A stretch of 61,902 bases of DNA from Chthoniobacteraceae bacterium (GTDB taxonomy: Bacteria > Verrucomicrobiota > Verrucomicrobiia > Chthoniobacterales > Chthoniobacteraceae): positions 1 through 61,902 of the forward strand of contig JANNWY010000161.1 of assembly GCA_031409335.1 (NCBI GenBank), written 5' to 3'. Made by a program: the position numbers and the translations under genes. Of the stretch, positions 27,862 to 38,590 are shown one piece after another. Position 1 is the first letter of the stretch, and every line of letters begins with the position of its first letter. The notes under the pieces are model-generated. The model was not told the DNA's origin. It saw only the letters and a program-made list of their open reading frames with translations, and did no database searches.

Positions 27862-29085
27862 ATGCCTCAGGGAGCGAACAAAAGCGGGGAAGGAAAATCC
27901 CGAAAAATACCGCCGCTGTCTTTGCGTCCGTCCGATCCGGTCCAGACGGACGAGGGGGAATTGGCGCGCGCCCGGCTCGCGGAAATCGAGGCGTTTTACA
28001 ACACCGCGCCGGTCGGCCTGTGCGTGCTGGATACGGAATTGCGTTACGTGCGCATCAACGAACGCCTCGCGGAAATCAACGGCGTGCCGGTGGCGGATCA
28101 CCTCGGGCACACGATTCGCGAGGTGCTGCCGGAGCTGGCCGATCAGGCGGAACCGTGGCTGCGCGACGTGTTGGAAACAGGCGAGGCTTTGCGCGATGTG
28201 GAGATCACCGTCGAGACGCACGGCGAGGAAAGCGGCGAGCGGACGCGCGTGGAAAATTGGTACCCGATGACGGACGCCGGCGGCGAAGTGTGCGGCATCA
28301 ACATCGTGGTGGAGGACGTGACGGAGCGGAAACGCGTCGAGGAGGAACTCGCGCAATTGAACGCGGAACTCGAAGACCGCGTGGAGCAGCGCACGCTGGA
28401 ACTCAACACGGCCAACCGCGAACTGCGGCAGAAGATCGTGGAGCGTCAGCGGCTCGAGGCGGAAATCGTCGCGATCACCGAGCGCGTCCAGAGCCGGATC
28501 GGGCAGGATCTTCACGACGATCTCGGCCAGCAACTCAGCGCGCTGGGAATGCTGGCGAGCGCGATCGAGCGGGACCTGCGCCGGGACGCGCATCCCAAGT
28601 CGGATTCAATCGCGCGGCTCAATGGGATGATCAAACAGGCGATCGACACCACGCGCGGACTGGCGAAAGGCTTGTATCCGATCGAGCTCGAAAAAGGCGG
28701 ATTTCTCATCGCGCTCGAAGAGCTGGCCCGGGTCACGCAGGCATTTTCGGGAGTGGAATGCATCGTCCGTGGCAAGGCGACTTTCCCGCTCGGTGAAACC
28801 GCCGCAATTCACCTCTACCGCATCGCGCAGGAAGCCGTGAACAACGCGCTCAAGCACGCCGCACCACGCCGGATCATCATCGACTGCACGACCGTCACCG
28901 GCGTGCCGACCTTGACCATCACGAACGATGGACTCCCTTTCAAAAAACCGCGCAGCCGCCGGCACGGTCTCGGCCTGCACATCCTCGAATACCGCGCCAG
29001 ACTGCTCGGAGCGGAAATCACGATCAGTCCCGGACCCGACGGTGGATGCAAGCTGACTTGTTCTCTGGCCCGGCACGCGCGATAA
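27862..29085 (+). CDS. PAS-domain sensor histidine kinase (HisKA_3 type)
   Basis: PAS (APVGLCVLD..LRYVRINERLA...EDVTERK), H-box RIGQDLHDDLGQQL, N-box LYRIAQEAVNNALKHA, G-box GLGLHI. Confidence 0.93.
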   Translation: MPQGANKSGEGKSRKIPPLSLRPSDPVQTDEGELARARLAEIEAFYNTAPVGLCVLDTELRYVRINERLAEINGVPVADHLGHTIREVLPELADQAEPWLRDVLETGEALRDVEITVETHGEESGERTRVENWYPMTDAGGEVCGINIVVEDVTERKRVEEELAQLNAELEDRVEQRTLELNTANRELRQKIVERQRLEAEIVAITERVQSRIGQDLHDDLGQQLSALGMLASAIERDLRRDAHPKSDSIARLNGMIKQAIDTTRGLAKGLYPIELEKGGFLIALEELARVTQAFSGVECIVRGKATFPLGETAAIHLYRIAQEAVNNALKHAAPRRIIIDCTTVTGVPTLTITNDGLPFKKPRSRRHGLGLHILEYRARLLGAEITISPGPDGGCKLTCSLARHAR

Positions 29086-29104
29086 ACTGCGCATCGAACT
29101 TTCG

Positions 29105-29572
29105 ATGAAGCCCGGACCTACTTCCAAATCCACCCGGATCGTGATCGTGGATGATCACGCTGGCATCCGTGAGAGTCTGCGCACGCTGCTGGAGTCGGAG
29201 GGCGATTTTCAGATTTGCGGCGAAGCCGAAAACGCGGCAAAGGCGCTCGACTTGATCGCCGGAAAAAAGCCCGACATCGCCATCATCGACATCTCGCTGA
29301 AGGGCGCGATCCACGGCCTGGAACTCACGCGCCAGCTCAAACATCTCCACCCCGAACTCACCATCCTCGTGCTCTCGCTGCACGCGGAAGCGCAGTTCGC
29401 CTTCGGCGCCATCACCGCCGGCGCGGGCGGATATTTGAGCAAAAGCGAAGCGGGTGAATTCCTGCACATCGCGCTCGAAACGATCCTCTCCGGCAAGACC
29501 TACGTGACGCCGGAGATGCAGGCGAAAATGGATCGCACCCGCGAGGAGAATCCCGATCGCCGGACGATCTAA
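29105..29572 (+). CDS. NarL-like response regulator receiver domain, no HTH output domain
   Basis: IVIVDDH, PDIAIIDISL, GAGGYLSK, SGKTYV, followed by a stop after a short tail. Confidence 0.88.
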   Translation: MKPGPTSKSTRIVIVDDHAGIRESLRTLLESEGDFQICGEAENAAKALDLIAGKKPDIAIIDISLKGAIHGLELTRQLKHLHPELTILVLSLHAEAQFAFGAITAGAGGYLSKSEAGEFLHIALETILSGKTYVTPEMQAKMDRTREENPDRRTI

Positions 29573-29601
29573 GAAACCGCGGCGCGGCGCCCTTTGCTAC
29601 C

Positions 29602-32190
29602 GTGATGAAACCCTCCCGGAATCTGGGAAGTCCCCCGAAGTTGTTTCCGCGATTGGTCGTCGGCGCGCTCGTCGTCCTCGGCGCGCTCGATGCATTCGCG
29701 ACGCCTTCACACAAGGCGGCGATGGAGCGGCACTACGATCGCTTTCTCGCGAAAAATCTGAATCGCTGCACGCCGTGCCATTTGCCCAGCGCCGCGAAAG
29801 AGCCGGAGTCGCTTGATGATTTTCCGCACAATGCATTCGGCGACCGGCTGCGCGTGCTCGGCGAGGAGTTTGAGAAAGCGGGAAGATCGAAGGACATCGC
29901 GACGCGGCTGGCATCAGTCGCGCGCGAGGACAGCGATGGCGATGGTTTCGACAACGAGAGTGAATTGCTCGCGGGCGCGAATCCAGGCGACGCAAAGGAT
30001 TTTCCGGTCGCCGCGCAACTTGCCGATGCGAAAGAGCGCGCGGCAGAGTTCGGAAAATTTCTCGCATCTTATCACTGGCGACCATTCGAGCGGGTGGCGC
30101 GACCGGCTTTGCCACCGGGGAAAAATTCCGAATGGGTGCGCACGCCGATCGACGGATTCATCGCCGCGGAGCACGCCGCGCGCGGTCTGAAACCGCGACC
30201 ATCCGCGCCGAAAACGATCCTGCTGCGGCGCGTGTATCTCGACCTGATCGGCCTTTCGCCGACGCCGGAGGAGCAGCGTGTTTTTGACGAAGATGGATCG
30301 CCGGATGCGTATGAAAAAATCGTGGATCGTCTGCTCGCCGATCCGCGATACGGCGAGCGCTGGGGTCGCCACTGGATGGATGTGTGGCGTTACAGCGACT
30401 GGGCGGGATGGACGGATGGCAAGCAGGTGCGCGATAGCCAGCGGCACATCTGGCGGTGGCGCGATTGGATCGTCGAATCGCTCAACGCGGACCACGGCTA
30501 CGATCGCATGGTAACTGAAATGCTCGCCGCGGATGAACTCGCGCCCGAGGACACCGGGACGCTCCGCGCGACGGGATTTCTCGTTCGCAATTTCAAAATG
30601 CTGAGCCGCGAGCAATGGCTGGAGGACACGGTGAAACACACGGCGCAGGCGTTCCTCGGGATCACGCTCGGCTGCGCGAAGTGTCACGATCATCGGACCG
30701 ATCCGATTTCGCAGGCGGAATACTATCAGGTGCGGGCGATCTTCGAGCCGCATCAAGTGCGCACGGATCGCGTGCGCGGGGAGTTGGATCGCGAGAAGGA
30801 TGGCCTGCCGCGCGTGTACGATGTGGCGCAGGAAACGCCGACGTATTTCCTCATCCGCGGCGATGAACGCAAGCCGGACAAGGATCGCGTGATGCCGCCC
30901 GGCGTGCCCAAAGCGCTGTGCGGCGACCGGCTCGCGCCCTCGCTGGCGATCGCACCCGTCGCGCTGCCGCGCGATGCCGCCGCTCCGGACCGGCGTGGAT
31001 TCGTGATCGAGGACACGATCGCAGCGAGCGAGCAGGACGTGGCGAAGGCGCGCGCGGCGCTGGAAAAAGAAAAGTCGGATGCGTCGCGAAAGGAATTCGA
31101 AATCGCGGAGGCGAAACATGACGCGTTGCTCGCGGTGATTCGCGCGGAACGAATCGAAGACGACGGGCGGAAGGACACCGCCGAATGGAAAGAGGCCGCA
31201 ACATTCGCGGAGCGAAAACAAGCGAACCTAGCGGTCCTCGATGCGCGACTCGCTTTTGAAAAGGCGACGGCGGCGGCGAAGAAGACGGCGGAAGCCGCCA
31301 AGGCGCTCGCGAAGGCTGAGGAACAAATGAATGCCGTGCCGACGACCACTTTCAAACCGCGCCCCAAAGACGACTACCCGGCGCAAAGCACCGGTCGCCG
31401 ACTCGCCTTCGCGAGATGGATCGCCAGTGCCGACAATCCGCTGACCGCGCGCGTCGCGATGAACCATCTTTGGCTCCGCCACTTCGGGCGCGGCATCGTC
31501 ACGACGCCGGAAAATTTCGGCACGAATGGCGCGCGTCCATCGCATCCCGCGCTGCTCGACTGGCTCGCGGCGGAGTTCATGGAGACTGGCTGGAAGATGA
31601 AGCCGATGCATCGCATGATCGTGACGAGCAGCACTTATCGGATGGCGTCCACGCCGGATGAAGCAAACGCGCAACGCGACCCGGACAACCCCGGACTTTG
31701 GCGAATGCCGGCGCGGCGCATGGAGGCGGAATTGGTCCGCGACAATCTGCTCCACGTGAGCGGCGCGCTCGATCTCACGCGCGGCGGGCCGGACATCGAT
31801 CACGCGCAGGGCCTCACCTCGAAACGGCGCAGCATTTACCTGCGGACTGCTGCGGAGCGCGAGGTGGAGTTTTTGAAAATCTTCGATGGTCCGAGCGTGA
31901 CGGATTGTTACCAGCGGCACCAAACCGTGATGCCGCAGCAATCGCTCGCGCTCGCAAACAGCGAACTGACGATCGAACGATCGAAGGAGCTGGCGAGAAC
32001 TCTCGGCGATGGAGCTGCCGAAGACTTCGTGCGCAGCGCATTTCAGCGCGTGCTCGCAAGAGTGCCGACGATTCAAGAAATGACGGCGTGCGGCGCCTTC
32101 CTGAATCGAAGCGGGAGCGATCCGGCGCGCTGCCGCGAGAATCTGATTCTGGTCCTCTTCAACCACAACGATTTCGTCACCATCCGTTGA
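29602..32190 (+). CDS. DUF1549/DUF1553 (PSD1) planctomycete-type cytochrome c protein
   Basis: TPIDGFI...[14 protein letters not shown]...[47 protein letters not shown]...[11 protein letters not shown]. An extra N-terminal CTPCH is present. Confidence 0.93.
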   Translation: MMKPSRNLGSPPKLFPRLVVGALVVLGALDAFATPSHKAAMERHYDRFLAKNLNRCTPCHLPSAAKEPESLDDFPHNAFGDRLRVLGEEFEKAGRSKDIATRLASVAREDSDGDGFDNESELLAGANPGDAKDFPVAAQLADAKERAAEFGKFLASYHWRPFERVARPALPPGKNSEWVRTPIDGFIAAEHAARGLKPRPSAPKTILLRRVYLDLIGLSPTPEEQRVFDEDGSPDAYEKIVDRLLADPRYGERWGRHWMDVWRYSDWAGWTDGKQVRDSQRHIWRWRDWIVESLNADHGYDRMVTEMLAADELAPEDTGTLRATGFLVRNFKMLSREQWLEDTVKHTAQAFLGITLGCAKCHDHRTDPISQAEYYQVRAIFEPHQVRTDRVRGELDREKDGLPRVYDVAQETPTYFLIRGDERKPDKDRVMPPGVPKALCGDRLAPSLAIAPVALPRDAAAPDRRGFVIEDTIAASEQDVAKARAALEKEKSDASRKEFEIAEAKHDALLAVIRAERIEDDGRKDTAEWKEAATFAERKQANLAVLDARLAFEKATAAAKKTAEAAKALAKAEEQMNAVPTTTFKPRPKDDYPAQSTGRRLAFARWIASADNPLTARVAMNHLWLRHFGRGIVTTPENFGTNGARPSHPALLDWLAAEFMETGWKMKPMHRMIVTSSTYRMASTPDEANAQRDPDNPGLWRMPARRMEAELVRDNLLHVSGALDLTRGGPDIDHAQGLTSKRRSIYLRTAAEREVEFLKIFDGPSVTDCYQRHQTVMPQQSLALANSELTIERSKELARTLGDGAAEDFVRSAFQRVLARVPTIQEMTACGAFLNRSGSDPARCRENLILVLFNHNDFVTIR

Positions 32191-32237
32191 GGACTCGGGG
32201 AATGACATCGCCGCGCCACATCGCTACCGTCGTCGCC

Positions 32238-32474
32238 ATGAACCCGCCGAACTCCCCGCCGCGCTGGGTGCGGCAACTCCATGAAGATGAAGCCGTCTGG
32301 GCCGCTTTCGATCGTCGCCGCGTGTTGCGAACTGCTCTTTCCGCGCTGCAAAAAAGCGCGCCGGCATCTTCCGCGATGGAACAAATTTCGGAAGAGCTGG
32401 ATTGGCTCGAAGCCGAGCGCGAAGTCGGTCGCGCGGCGGAGGCGCACGGATGCTGGGCGGATGAGCGGCGATGA
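32238..32474 (+). CDS. Small hypothetical protein (78 aa)
   Basis: Fills the gap between the DUF1553 and ORF6N genes. Its stop overlaps the next start (ATGA 32471-32474), and a TACCGT -10-like hexamer lies 7 nt before the ATG. Confidence 0.45.
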   Translation: MNPPNSPPRWVRQLHEDEAVWAAFDRRRVLRTALSALQKSAPASSAMEQISEELDWLEAEREVGRAAEAHGCWADERR

Positions 32475-33061
32475 AAAAGGCGACCTCTTCCAGCGAGCCG
32501 CCCGAGTTGCGGATTCTGACCATCCGTGGAGAACGTGTGATCTTGGACGCGGATCTGGCCCGGCTTTACGGAGTGCCGACACATCGTTTCAACGAAGCCT
32601 TCAAACGGAATCGACGTCGCTTTCCCGACGATTTCGTCTTTCAAATGACCGCGAAAGAGATCGTCGATTTGAGAGCGCAAATTGCCGCATCAAGTTTCCA
32701 AGCGGCTGATAGCGAGGTGGATGTATCGAACTCATCGCAAATTGCGATGAGTTCCAGGCGAGGTCGGGACTACCGTCCGTGGGCCTTTACTGAGCACGGT
32801 GCGCTAATGGCGGCGAATATTTTGCGCAGCCCGCAGGCGGTGCAGATGAGCGTCTTTGTGGTGCGCGCTTTTGTGCGGCAGCGCGAGCAGTTGTCGGTGA
32901 ACGCGGATGTTTTGCGGCGATTGGCGGAGATCGATCGGACGCTGCTCCGTCACGACGACTCGATCGTCGCGGTCTTGAACATCATCAAATCGCTCATCGC
33001 CCCGCATCCGTCGCCGCTGCCACCGCCGCCGTCGAAAAAACGCATTGGCTTTCAACCATGA
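32471..33061 (+). CDS. ORF6N domain DNA-binding protein
   Basis: ILTIRGERVILDADLARLYGVPT..FNEAFKRN..RFPDDFVFQMT..E...PWAFTEHGALMAANILRS..AVQMSVFVVRAFV, ending in KKRIGF. Confidence 0.92.
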   Translation: MKKATSSSEPPELRILTIRGERVILDADLARLYGVPTHRFNEAFKRNRRRFPDDFVFQMTAKEIVDLRAQIAASSFQAADSEVDVSNSSQIAMSSRRGRDYRPWAFTEHGALMAANILRSPQAVQMSVFVVRAFVRQREQLSVNADVLRRLAEIDRTLLRHDDSIVAVLNIIKSLIAPHPSPLPPPPSKKRIGFQP

Positions 33062-34530
33062 CCTCCGAACCGAACCATCGCTGCGCCGGCATTTCGCGCC
33101 GTTCATTCCTCGCCGACACCGGCATGGGCCTCACGGGGCTCGTCCTCGGCTCGATGCTTTTTCGCGACAACGTGCGGGCCGATGCGCGGGAATCCGCTTG
33201 GCAGCCGTCGGACGGACGCGCGCATTTTCCGCCGAAGGCGAAATCGGTGATCTGGATCTTTTTGTGCGGTGGAGTGAGCCATTTGGAAAGTTTCGACGTG
33301 AAGCCCGCGCTGAATCAGTACGCGGGCAAGTCGATCGAAGAGACGCCGTTCAAAGGCGTCCTGGCGACCGCGGAAAAAGATATCGTCGGTGGAAATCCCT
33401 CGCACGGAAATCGCAAGGTCATCATGCCGCTGCAAACCGGCTATCGGCCGTATGGCGACAGCGGACTCGTCGTGGGCGATTGGTTTCAAAACATCGGCAC
33501 GTGCGCGGACGATCTCGCCGTCGTGCGTTCGCTGTGGACGATTCACAATGATCACGGCACCCAGCTAACGTGGCAAACCGGGCGGCACCCGCGCGAACTC
33601 GATCATCCGACGATCGGCGCGTGGGTCTGCTACGGGCTCGGCACGATGAATCAGAATCTTCCCGAATACGTCGTGCTCGGCGTGCCGACGGGCGATTGCT
33701 GCGGCGGCGCATTTACGCACGGCGCGGCGTACCTCGGGCCGGAATTTTCCGGCGTGCGGCTCGGTGGCGATCCGCGGAAGCCGTTGCCATTCATCCGACC
33801 CGTCGATGCGGCGATGACGGCGGAGGAGCAATTGCAAAATCTGAGCCTGCTCGGAAAACTGAACACGCTCGCCGGCATTGATTATCCCGATGACCAAAAT
33901 TTGCGCGCGCGCATCAAATCATACGAACTCGCCTTTCAAATGCAGACCTCGATTCCCGAGGTGATGGAGATCGAAAAAGAGAGCGCGGCGACCAGCGCGC
34001 TCTACGGAATCGACAAGCCGGAGAGCAAGGCATTCGGCGAGCGCTGCCTGGTTGCGCGAAAACTCATCGAGCGTGGCGTGCGTTTTGTGCAGCTCTTTCA
34101 CGGCGGTGGCGGTGGCGGCGAATGGGACGCGCACGCGGACATCAAGGCCAACCACGGAAAGCTCTCGAATCAAGTGGATCAGCCGATCGCCGGGCTCCTG
34201 AAGGATCTCAAACAGCGCGGGATGCTCGATGATACGCTGGTGGTTTTCGGGACGGAATTCGGACGCACTCCCGGAGCCGAGGGAACGGGACGCGATCATC
34301 ATCCGCAGGGATTTTCCGCGTGGCTCGCGGGCGGCGGGATCAAGGGTGGCATCACCCATGGCGCGACGGACGAGCTGGGATTCCACGCGGTCGAGAACCG
34401 GCACTACGTCACCGACATTCACGCGACGGTGATGCAACTGATGGGCCTCGATTCCTATCGCCTGGAAGTCCCCGGTCGAAAGCGCATCGAGATCGATCAC
34501 GGTCAGGCGATCGCCGAGATCATCGCGTGA
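33058..34530 (+). CDS. DUF1501 family protein (Tat-exported, sulfatase-like)
   Basis: Tat motif SRRSFL, PKAKSVIWIFLCGGVSHLESFD.KP, YELAFQMQ, RGVRFVQL, VDQPIAGLLKDLKQRGMLDDTLV..GTEFGRTP, GRDHHP. Confidence 0.95.
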   Translation: MTSEPNHRCAGISRRSFLADTGMGLTGLVLGSMLFRDNVRADARESAWQPSDGRAHFPPKAKSVIWIFLCGGVSHLESFDVKPALNQYAGKSIEETPFKGVLATAEKDIVGGNPSHGNRKVIMPLQTGYRPYGDSGLVVGDWFQNIGTCADDLAVVRSLWTIHNDHGTQLTWQTGRHPRELDHPTIGAWVCYGLGTMNQNLPEYVVLGVPTGDCCGGAFTHGAAYLGPEFSGVRLGGDPRKPLPFIRPVDAAMTAEEQLQNLSLLGKLNTLAGIDYPDDQNLRARIKSYELAFQMQTSIPEVMEIEKESAATSALYGIDKPESKAFGERCLVARKLIERGVRFVQLFHGGGGGGEWDAHADIKANHGKLSNQVDQPIAGLLKDLKQRGMLDDTLVVFGTEFGRTPGAEGTGRDHHPQGFSAWLAGGGIKGGITHGATDELGFHAVENRHYVTDIHATVMQLMGLDSYRLEVPGRKRIEIDHGQAIAEIIA

Positions 34531-35613
34531 TCACTTCCGCCACACGCGGACGCGGTGATTTTCGCTGTCGCCGATGAACACGGAGCCCTCCTTGTCCACG
34601 AAGACTCCGTGCGGGCGCGCGAGCTGGCTGTTCAGCGGGTCGTTGCCGTCGGGGCCGTCGCCTTTTTTGCCGTTGCCGGCGAGCACTTCGACGGTGCCTT
34701 TTTTTGCGTCGAGGTAGCGGATGGAATGCGATTCGGTGTCGGCGAGATACACGTTTCCGGCGGGATCGAGCGCGAGGCATTTCGGGCCGGCGAGCGTGGC
34801 TTCGAGCGCGGGGCCGCCGTTGCCGGTGAAGCCGGATTTGCCGGTGCCGGCGACGCGTTTGAGTGTGTTCGCTTTCGGATCGAGCAGCAGGACGGCGTTG
34901 CCTTCGCGGAGCGCGAGCCAGCATTTTCCATCGGGCGCAACGGCGAGCGCGCGCGGGCCGTGCAGCGCGGAGCCGGTGATCGGCGAGCCATCGGGCGCGG
35001 TCTTTTTTTCACCGGTGCCGGACCACGTCGCGATGGTGCCGGCCTTCAGGTCGATCCGGCGGATGCGGTGATTCAGAATGTCGCAAACGTAGAGGTCGCC
35101 CGCGGCATCGAAGGCGAGGCTGTGCGGTTGATTAAACTGGGCGTCTTTCGCCGCGCCGCCGTCGCCGTTGAAGCCCGCTTTTCCACTGCCGGCGACGGTC
35201 GAAATGATGCCGCTTTTTGCATCCACGCGGCGCACGCAGTGGTTGCCGAGTTCGACGAAAAACAAATTGCCAGCGCGATCCCACGCCATTTCGTACGGCT
35301 GATTGAGCGCGGCTTTCGCGGCGGGTCCGCCGTCGCCGTCGTAGCCTTTTTTTTCGCTGCCCGCGAATGTCTCGATCTTTCCATCGGCGAACACGCGGCG
35401 GATGCGATGATTGTCCATGTCGCAAAGGTAGAGCGCGCCGTCGGGACCGCGCGCGACGGCGAAGACGTTGTTGAGCTGCGCTTCCGTCGCAGGTCCGCCA
35501 TCGCCGGAAAATCCTTTCGCCCCTGTGCCAGCGAAAGTGGTGACGCTGGCGGCTGGCGATGTGGCGATCGCGAATTCGCAGACAGCGACGAGCAAAAGGA
35601 GTTGGAGTTTCAT
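34531..35613 (-). CDS. Secreted NHL-repeat protein
   Basis: Signal peptide MKLQLLLLVAVCEFAIA and repeated AGTG..GFSGDGGPA..AQLN.P..A.D..GNLY..D..NH.IRR units. The start overlaps the upstream stop. Confidence 0.9.
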   Translation of the reverse strand: MKLQLLLLVAVCEFAIATSPAASVTTFAGTGAKGFSGDGGPATEAQLNNVFAVARGPDGALYLCDMDNHRIRRVFADGKIETFAGSEKKGYDGDGGPAAKAALNQPYEMAWDRAGNLFFVELGNHCVRRVDAKSGIISTVAGSGKAGFNGDGGAAKDAQFNQPHSLAFDAAGDLYVCDILNHRIRRIDLKAGTIATWSGTGEKKTAPDGSPITGSALHGPRALAVAPDGKCWLALREGNAVLLLDPKANTLKRVAGTGKSGFTGNGGPALEATLAGPKCLALDPAGNVYLADTESHSIRYLDAKKGTVEVLAGNGKKGDGPDGNDPLNSQLARPHGVFVDKEGSVFIGDSENHRVRVWRK

Positions 35614-36350
35614 ATGATTGGTTCGAGCTGGCTTGCTGTCCGGTCCGCCTCGGCTTCGGCTTCGGCGAGGATTTTCAAGGCGAGCCGCGCGAGGGCGATG
35701 GTGACGGCCAGCGTTAGCACGAAGCCGCCGATCCAGAACAGGTATTCGTGCGGGAACGGGCGCGCTGTTCCGCGGAAAATTTTGAGGCCGAATTGGGCGA
35801 GCGTCCCGAGGTATGCGTAAAGGAAAAGTCCGGGAGCCTGGCCGAGTGCGATCCACAGGATGCAGGTGCCAAAGCGGATGCGCGTGATGCCGTAGAGGTA
35901 ATTCAGCAGGCTCGTGGGAAAGAGCGGATGGACCTGGCTGAGGAAGATGATTTTCCAGCCGTCGCGCGCGATCAGCGTGTCGAGTGCGGCCCATTTCGGA
36001 TCGCGAAAAAATCGCCGCTCGATCCACTGCCGGCCCAGCGCGCGACTGATGCAAAACGCGGCGGACGCCGCGGCGAGACTGCCGATGACATTCAAAAGAA
36101 ATCCCCACCACAGGCCGAAGAAAAGGCCGCTGCCCATGGCGACGATGCCGCCGGGGAGCAGCAGCAGATTGCACGCGGCGAAGAGCAGCGGATAGAGCAC
36201 GCCGCCCCAGATTTCCATCGCGCCGATGGTGTGCTGCGCGCGGGTGATGTAGTCGGCGATGGGAAACGTGCGAATCAGCCACACGACAAAGATCGTGGCG
36301 AGCGCGAGGCCGGTGAGCTGGAGGCGAAATGCGCGTTTGATCTGGGACAT
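35610..36350 (-). CDS. TVP38/TMEM64 (DedA/VTT) family membrane protein
   Basis: LLPGGIVAMGSGLFFGLWWG...AFCISRALGR...GWKIIFLSQVHPLFPTSLLNYLYGITRI. Confidence 0.9.
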   Translation of the reverse strand: MSQIKRAFRLQLTGLALATIFVVWLIRTFPIADYITRAQHTIGAMEIWGGVLYPLLFAACNLLLLPGGIVAMGSGLFFGLWWGFLLNVIGSLAAASAAFCISRALGRQWIERRFFRDPKWAALDTLIARDGWKIIFLSQVHPLFPTSLLNYLYGITRIRFGTCILWIALGQAPGLFLYAYLGTLAQFGLKIFRGTARPFPHEYLFWIGGFVLTLAVTIALARLALKILAEAEAEADRTASQLEPII

Positions 36351-36426
36351 GCGGGGAACGGAACCGCGAAGTTTTCCCGCGCGATGCGGGCTTCGCATTC
36401 AGTCAGCGAACGTGCTGCGCCGATGA

Positions 36427-36663
36427 CTATTTTGGTTTTTGTTCGAGCGGGTTTTTGTAGTTCTTGAGCATCCAGTCTCCCGGCTTCGGCGTCGGCTTTG
36501 GCGTGGCCTTTGGCGGCGCGGGCTTTGTCTGGGATGGGGAATCCGAGCCGCCTCCCGAATCGCTGGCGGATTCAGACGATGCAGACCCGCCGGTGCCGGT
36601 TACTTTTTTCATGTCGCAGCCGGCGACGAAAAGGGCGGCGAGGATGAGCGGAAGAGCTTTCAT
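36427..36663 (-). CDS. Small lipoprotein
   Basis: MKALPLILAALFVAG-C lipobox, Ser/Pro-rich linker, C-terminal PGDWMLKNYKNPLE. Confidence 0.7.
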   Translation of the reverse strand: MKALPLILAALFVAGCDMKKVTGTGGSASSESASDSGGGSDSPSQTKPAPPKATPKPTPKPGDWMLKNYKNPLEQKPK

Positions 36664-36673
36664 GGCGGGTGAT

Positions 36674-38428
36674 CTAGCGGGGCTGCGACTGGGAAAGAAG
36701 TTCAAAGTAAAACGGGGTGAGCGGCGGGATGCTGTCGATGGTGAAAGACGCGGTCTCGTTGGAAACGATGCGGAGCGTTCCCCCGGAGGTGAGGCGCTCG
36801 ATGCATTCGGTGCGTGGCGCGAGCACCCCTTCCGGCAGGCGGATGCGAATGCGAGCGAGCGAGCGGCTCGGATGAAGATTCACCGCGACGAGGAAACGCT
36901 GGCCGGTCGCGGGATCCCCGCGGAGAAAGGCGTAGAGCCAGTGGCCGCTCGCGGTTTCGCCATCGATGCGCCCGTAGTTTTCGTTCCAAAGATTCGCCGG
37001 ATTCAGCGCGTGAAAATCACCGTCGCGAAAGGCGGGCTCGCCGACGAGATGCAGAAGGCGCGCGTAGAAATCGCGCAGTTCGCGCTGCCCGGTGGAAAGT
37101 CGCGCGCCGTCGTAGCGGTGGCCGTTCACCCACTTTGCCAACTCGGGCATCGACCAGTAATCGAAGATCGTCGTGCGCGCATCGTCGCCACCAAAACCTT
37201 CCGCGCCGCGCGCCGGTTCGCCGACTTCCTGCCCGCTGTAGAGCAGCACTGGCCCGCGCGAGAGGCCGAAGAGAATCGCCGACACCGCGCGCCCGACTTC
37301 CGCGCCGACGCCGCCCCACTGGCCATCACCCGCGAGCCGCACCTCGTCGTGATTTTCCGCGTAGCGGAGCGAGCGCTCGAAGGTGGACTGGTCGCCGTGC
37401 GCGTCGTCGAGATCGTTCGCCCAGCCGCAGCCGTCGTAGATCGACTTCAGTTTTTTGTAAGCCGGATCATCGTACACCGCGTCGAATCCGGCCGCCATCA
37501 GCGCGAGCATCACATTGCCGCCGCAGACTTTCATCGGGTCGTTATCGTAGGCTTCACCGATGAAAATCGTGTCCGCTTTTCGCACCCGCGCACGCCCGAT
37601 CGCCCACGCCCAAAACTCCGGCGGGACCATGTGCGCCATGTCGCAGCGAAAGCCATCGACGCCCAGCTCCTGCCAGTGGGCGAGCACGCGATCCATTTTC
37701 AGCCAGGTGTCGGGGATCGGCCTGGAGCCTTGATCGCCGTGGGGGTAAACGCGCGCGCCGGTGGTGAAATCGTGGCCGTAGTTGAGCTTCACGGTTTCAT
37801 ACCAATCGTGCGGCGACGGCTGCCAGTGCGCGACGTTGTTGCCGGTGACGCGACCGTGTTCGACCTCGCCGGCGAATGGCGTGCCGTGCGGCGGCAGGCG
37901 CAGCGGCGGACCACCGCCGGGCGAGTCGCGCTGGAGCCAGAAAAAGTTGTTCGCCGGGTCGAAGAAACGCGCGCGGTCATCGTGCGCGCCGAAGGTGTGC
38001 TCGGGCAGGACGATGGAGTGGTGCGAGCGGGCGACGTGATTTGGCACGAAGTCGATGAGCGCGCGCAAACCCGCCGCGTGCAATCGGGCCAGCAGCGCGC
38101 GAAATTCCGCGAACCGATCCGCGGGCTGCACGGCGTAGTCCGGGCACACATCGAAGCAGTCGCGAATCGCATACGGCGAACCCGCGCGACCTTTCAAAAG
38201 CGCGGGATCATCCGCTGGCGCACCGATCTCCGAGTAGTCCGTGCCCGTCGCCTGCCGCAGCACGCCGGTGAGCCAGACGTGCGTGAAACCCATCGCGGCG
38301 AGCGACGCGCACGCGATGTCGTTGATGTCCGCAAATTTGCCGCAGCCATTTTCCGCGAGCGTGCCGCCGGGCTTGCGCGTCTCGTTCACATTTCCAAACA
38401 GGCGCGGCAGCAATTGATAGATGCGCAT
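36674..38428 (-). CDS. GH13 alpha-amylase family glycoside hydrolase
   Basis: RIYQLLPRLFGN, KGRAGSPYAI.D, IDFVPNHVAR, and catalytic GFRCDMAH, FIGEAY and ENHDE. Confidence 0.93.
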   Translation of the reverse strand: MRIYQLLPRLFGNVNETRKPGGTLAENGCGKFADINDIACASLAAMGFTHVWLTGVLRQATGTDYSEIGAPADDPALLKGRAGSPYAIRDCFDVCPDYAVQPADRFAEFRALLARLHAAGLRALIDFVPNHVARSHHSIVLPEHTFGAHDDRARFFDPANNFFWLQRDSPGGGPPLRLPPHGTPFAGEVEHGRVTGNNVAHWQPSPHDWYETVKLNYGHDFTTGARVYPHGDQGSRPIPDTWLKMDRVLAHWQELGVDGFRCDMAHMVPPEFWAWAIGRARVRKADTIFIGEAYDNDPMKVCGGNVMLALMAAGFDAVYDDPAYKKLKSIYDGCGWANDLDDAHGDQSTFERSLRYAENHDEVRLAGDGQWGGVGAEVGRAVSAILFGLSRGPVLLYSGQEVGEPARGAEGFGGDDARTTIFDYWSMPELAKWVNGHRYDGARLSTGQRELRDFYARLLHLVGEPAFRDGDFHALNPANLWNENYGRIDGETASGHWLYAFLRGDPATGQRFLVAVNLHPSRSLARIRIRLPEGVLAPRTECIERLTSGGTLRIVSNETASFTIDSIPPLTPFYFELLSQSQPR

Positions 38429-38590
38429 CCGCTCGCGGTGAGGCGCGGGGGCAATGTCAGAGGCAGCGACCATGGGCGGCGATCCTTGGATTTCGCGGCG
38501 GTGGATTCGAGCGAAAGTTTCACAAAGATGGCACTTGATAATAAAATGTCACAAGGCACGATTCCCGCGTTCACCATCCCCTCGCTCTCT

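Noticed and set aside
35614..36282. N-terminal extension of the NHL ORF
   Set aside because: It is an alternative frame over the TVP38 gene. The real start is the signal peptide at 35613.
36464..38590. N-terminal 700-aa extension of the 1839-aa ORF
   Set aside because: It overlaps the GH13 and lipoprotein genes on the opposite strand. A clear signal peptide starts at 38591.
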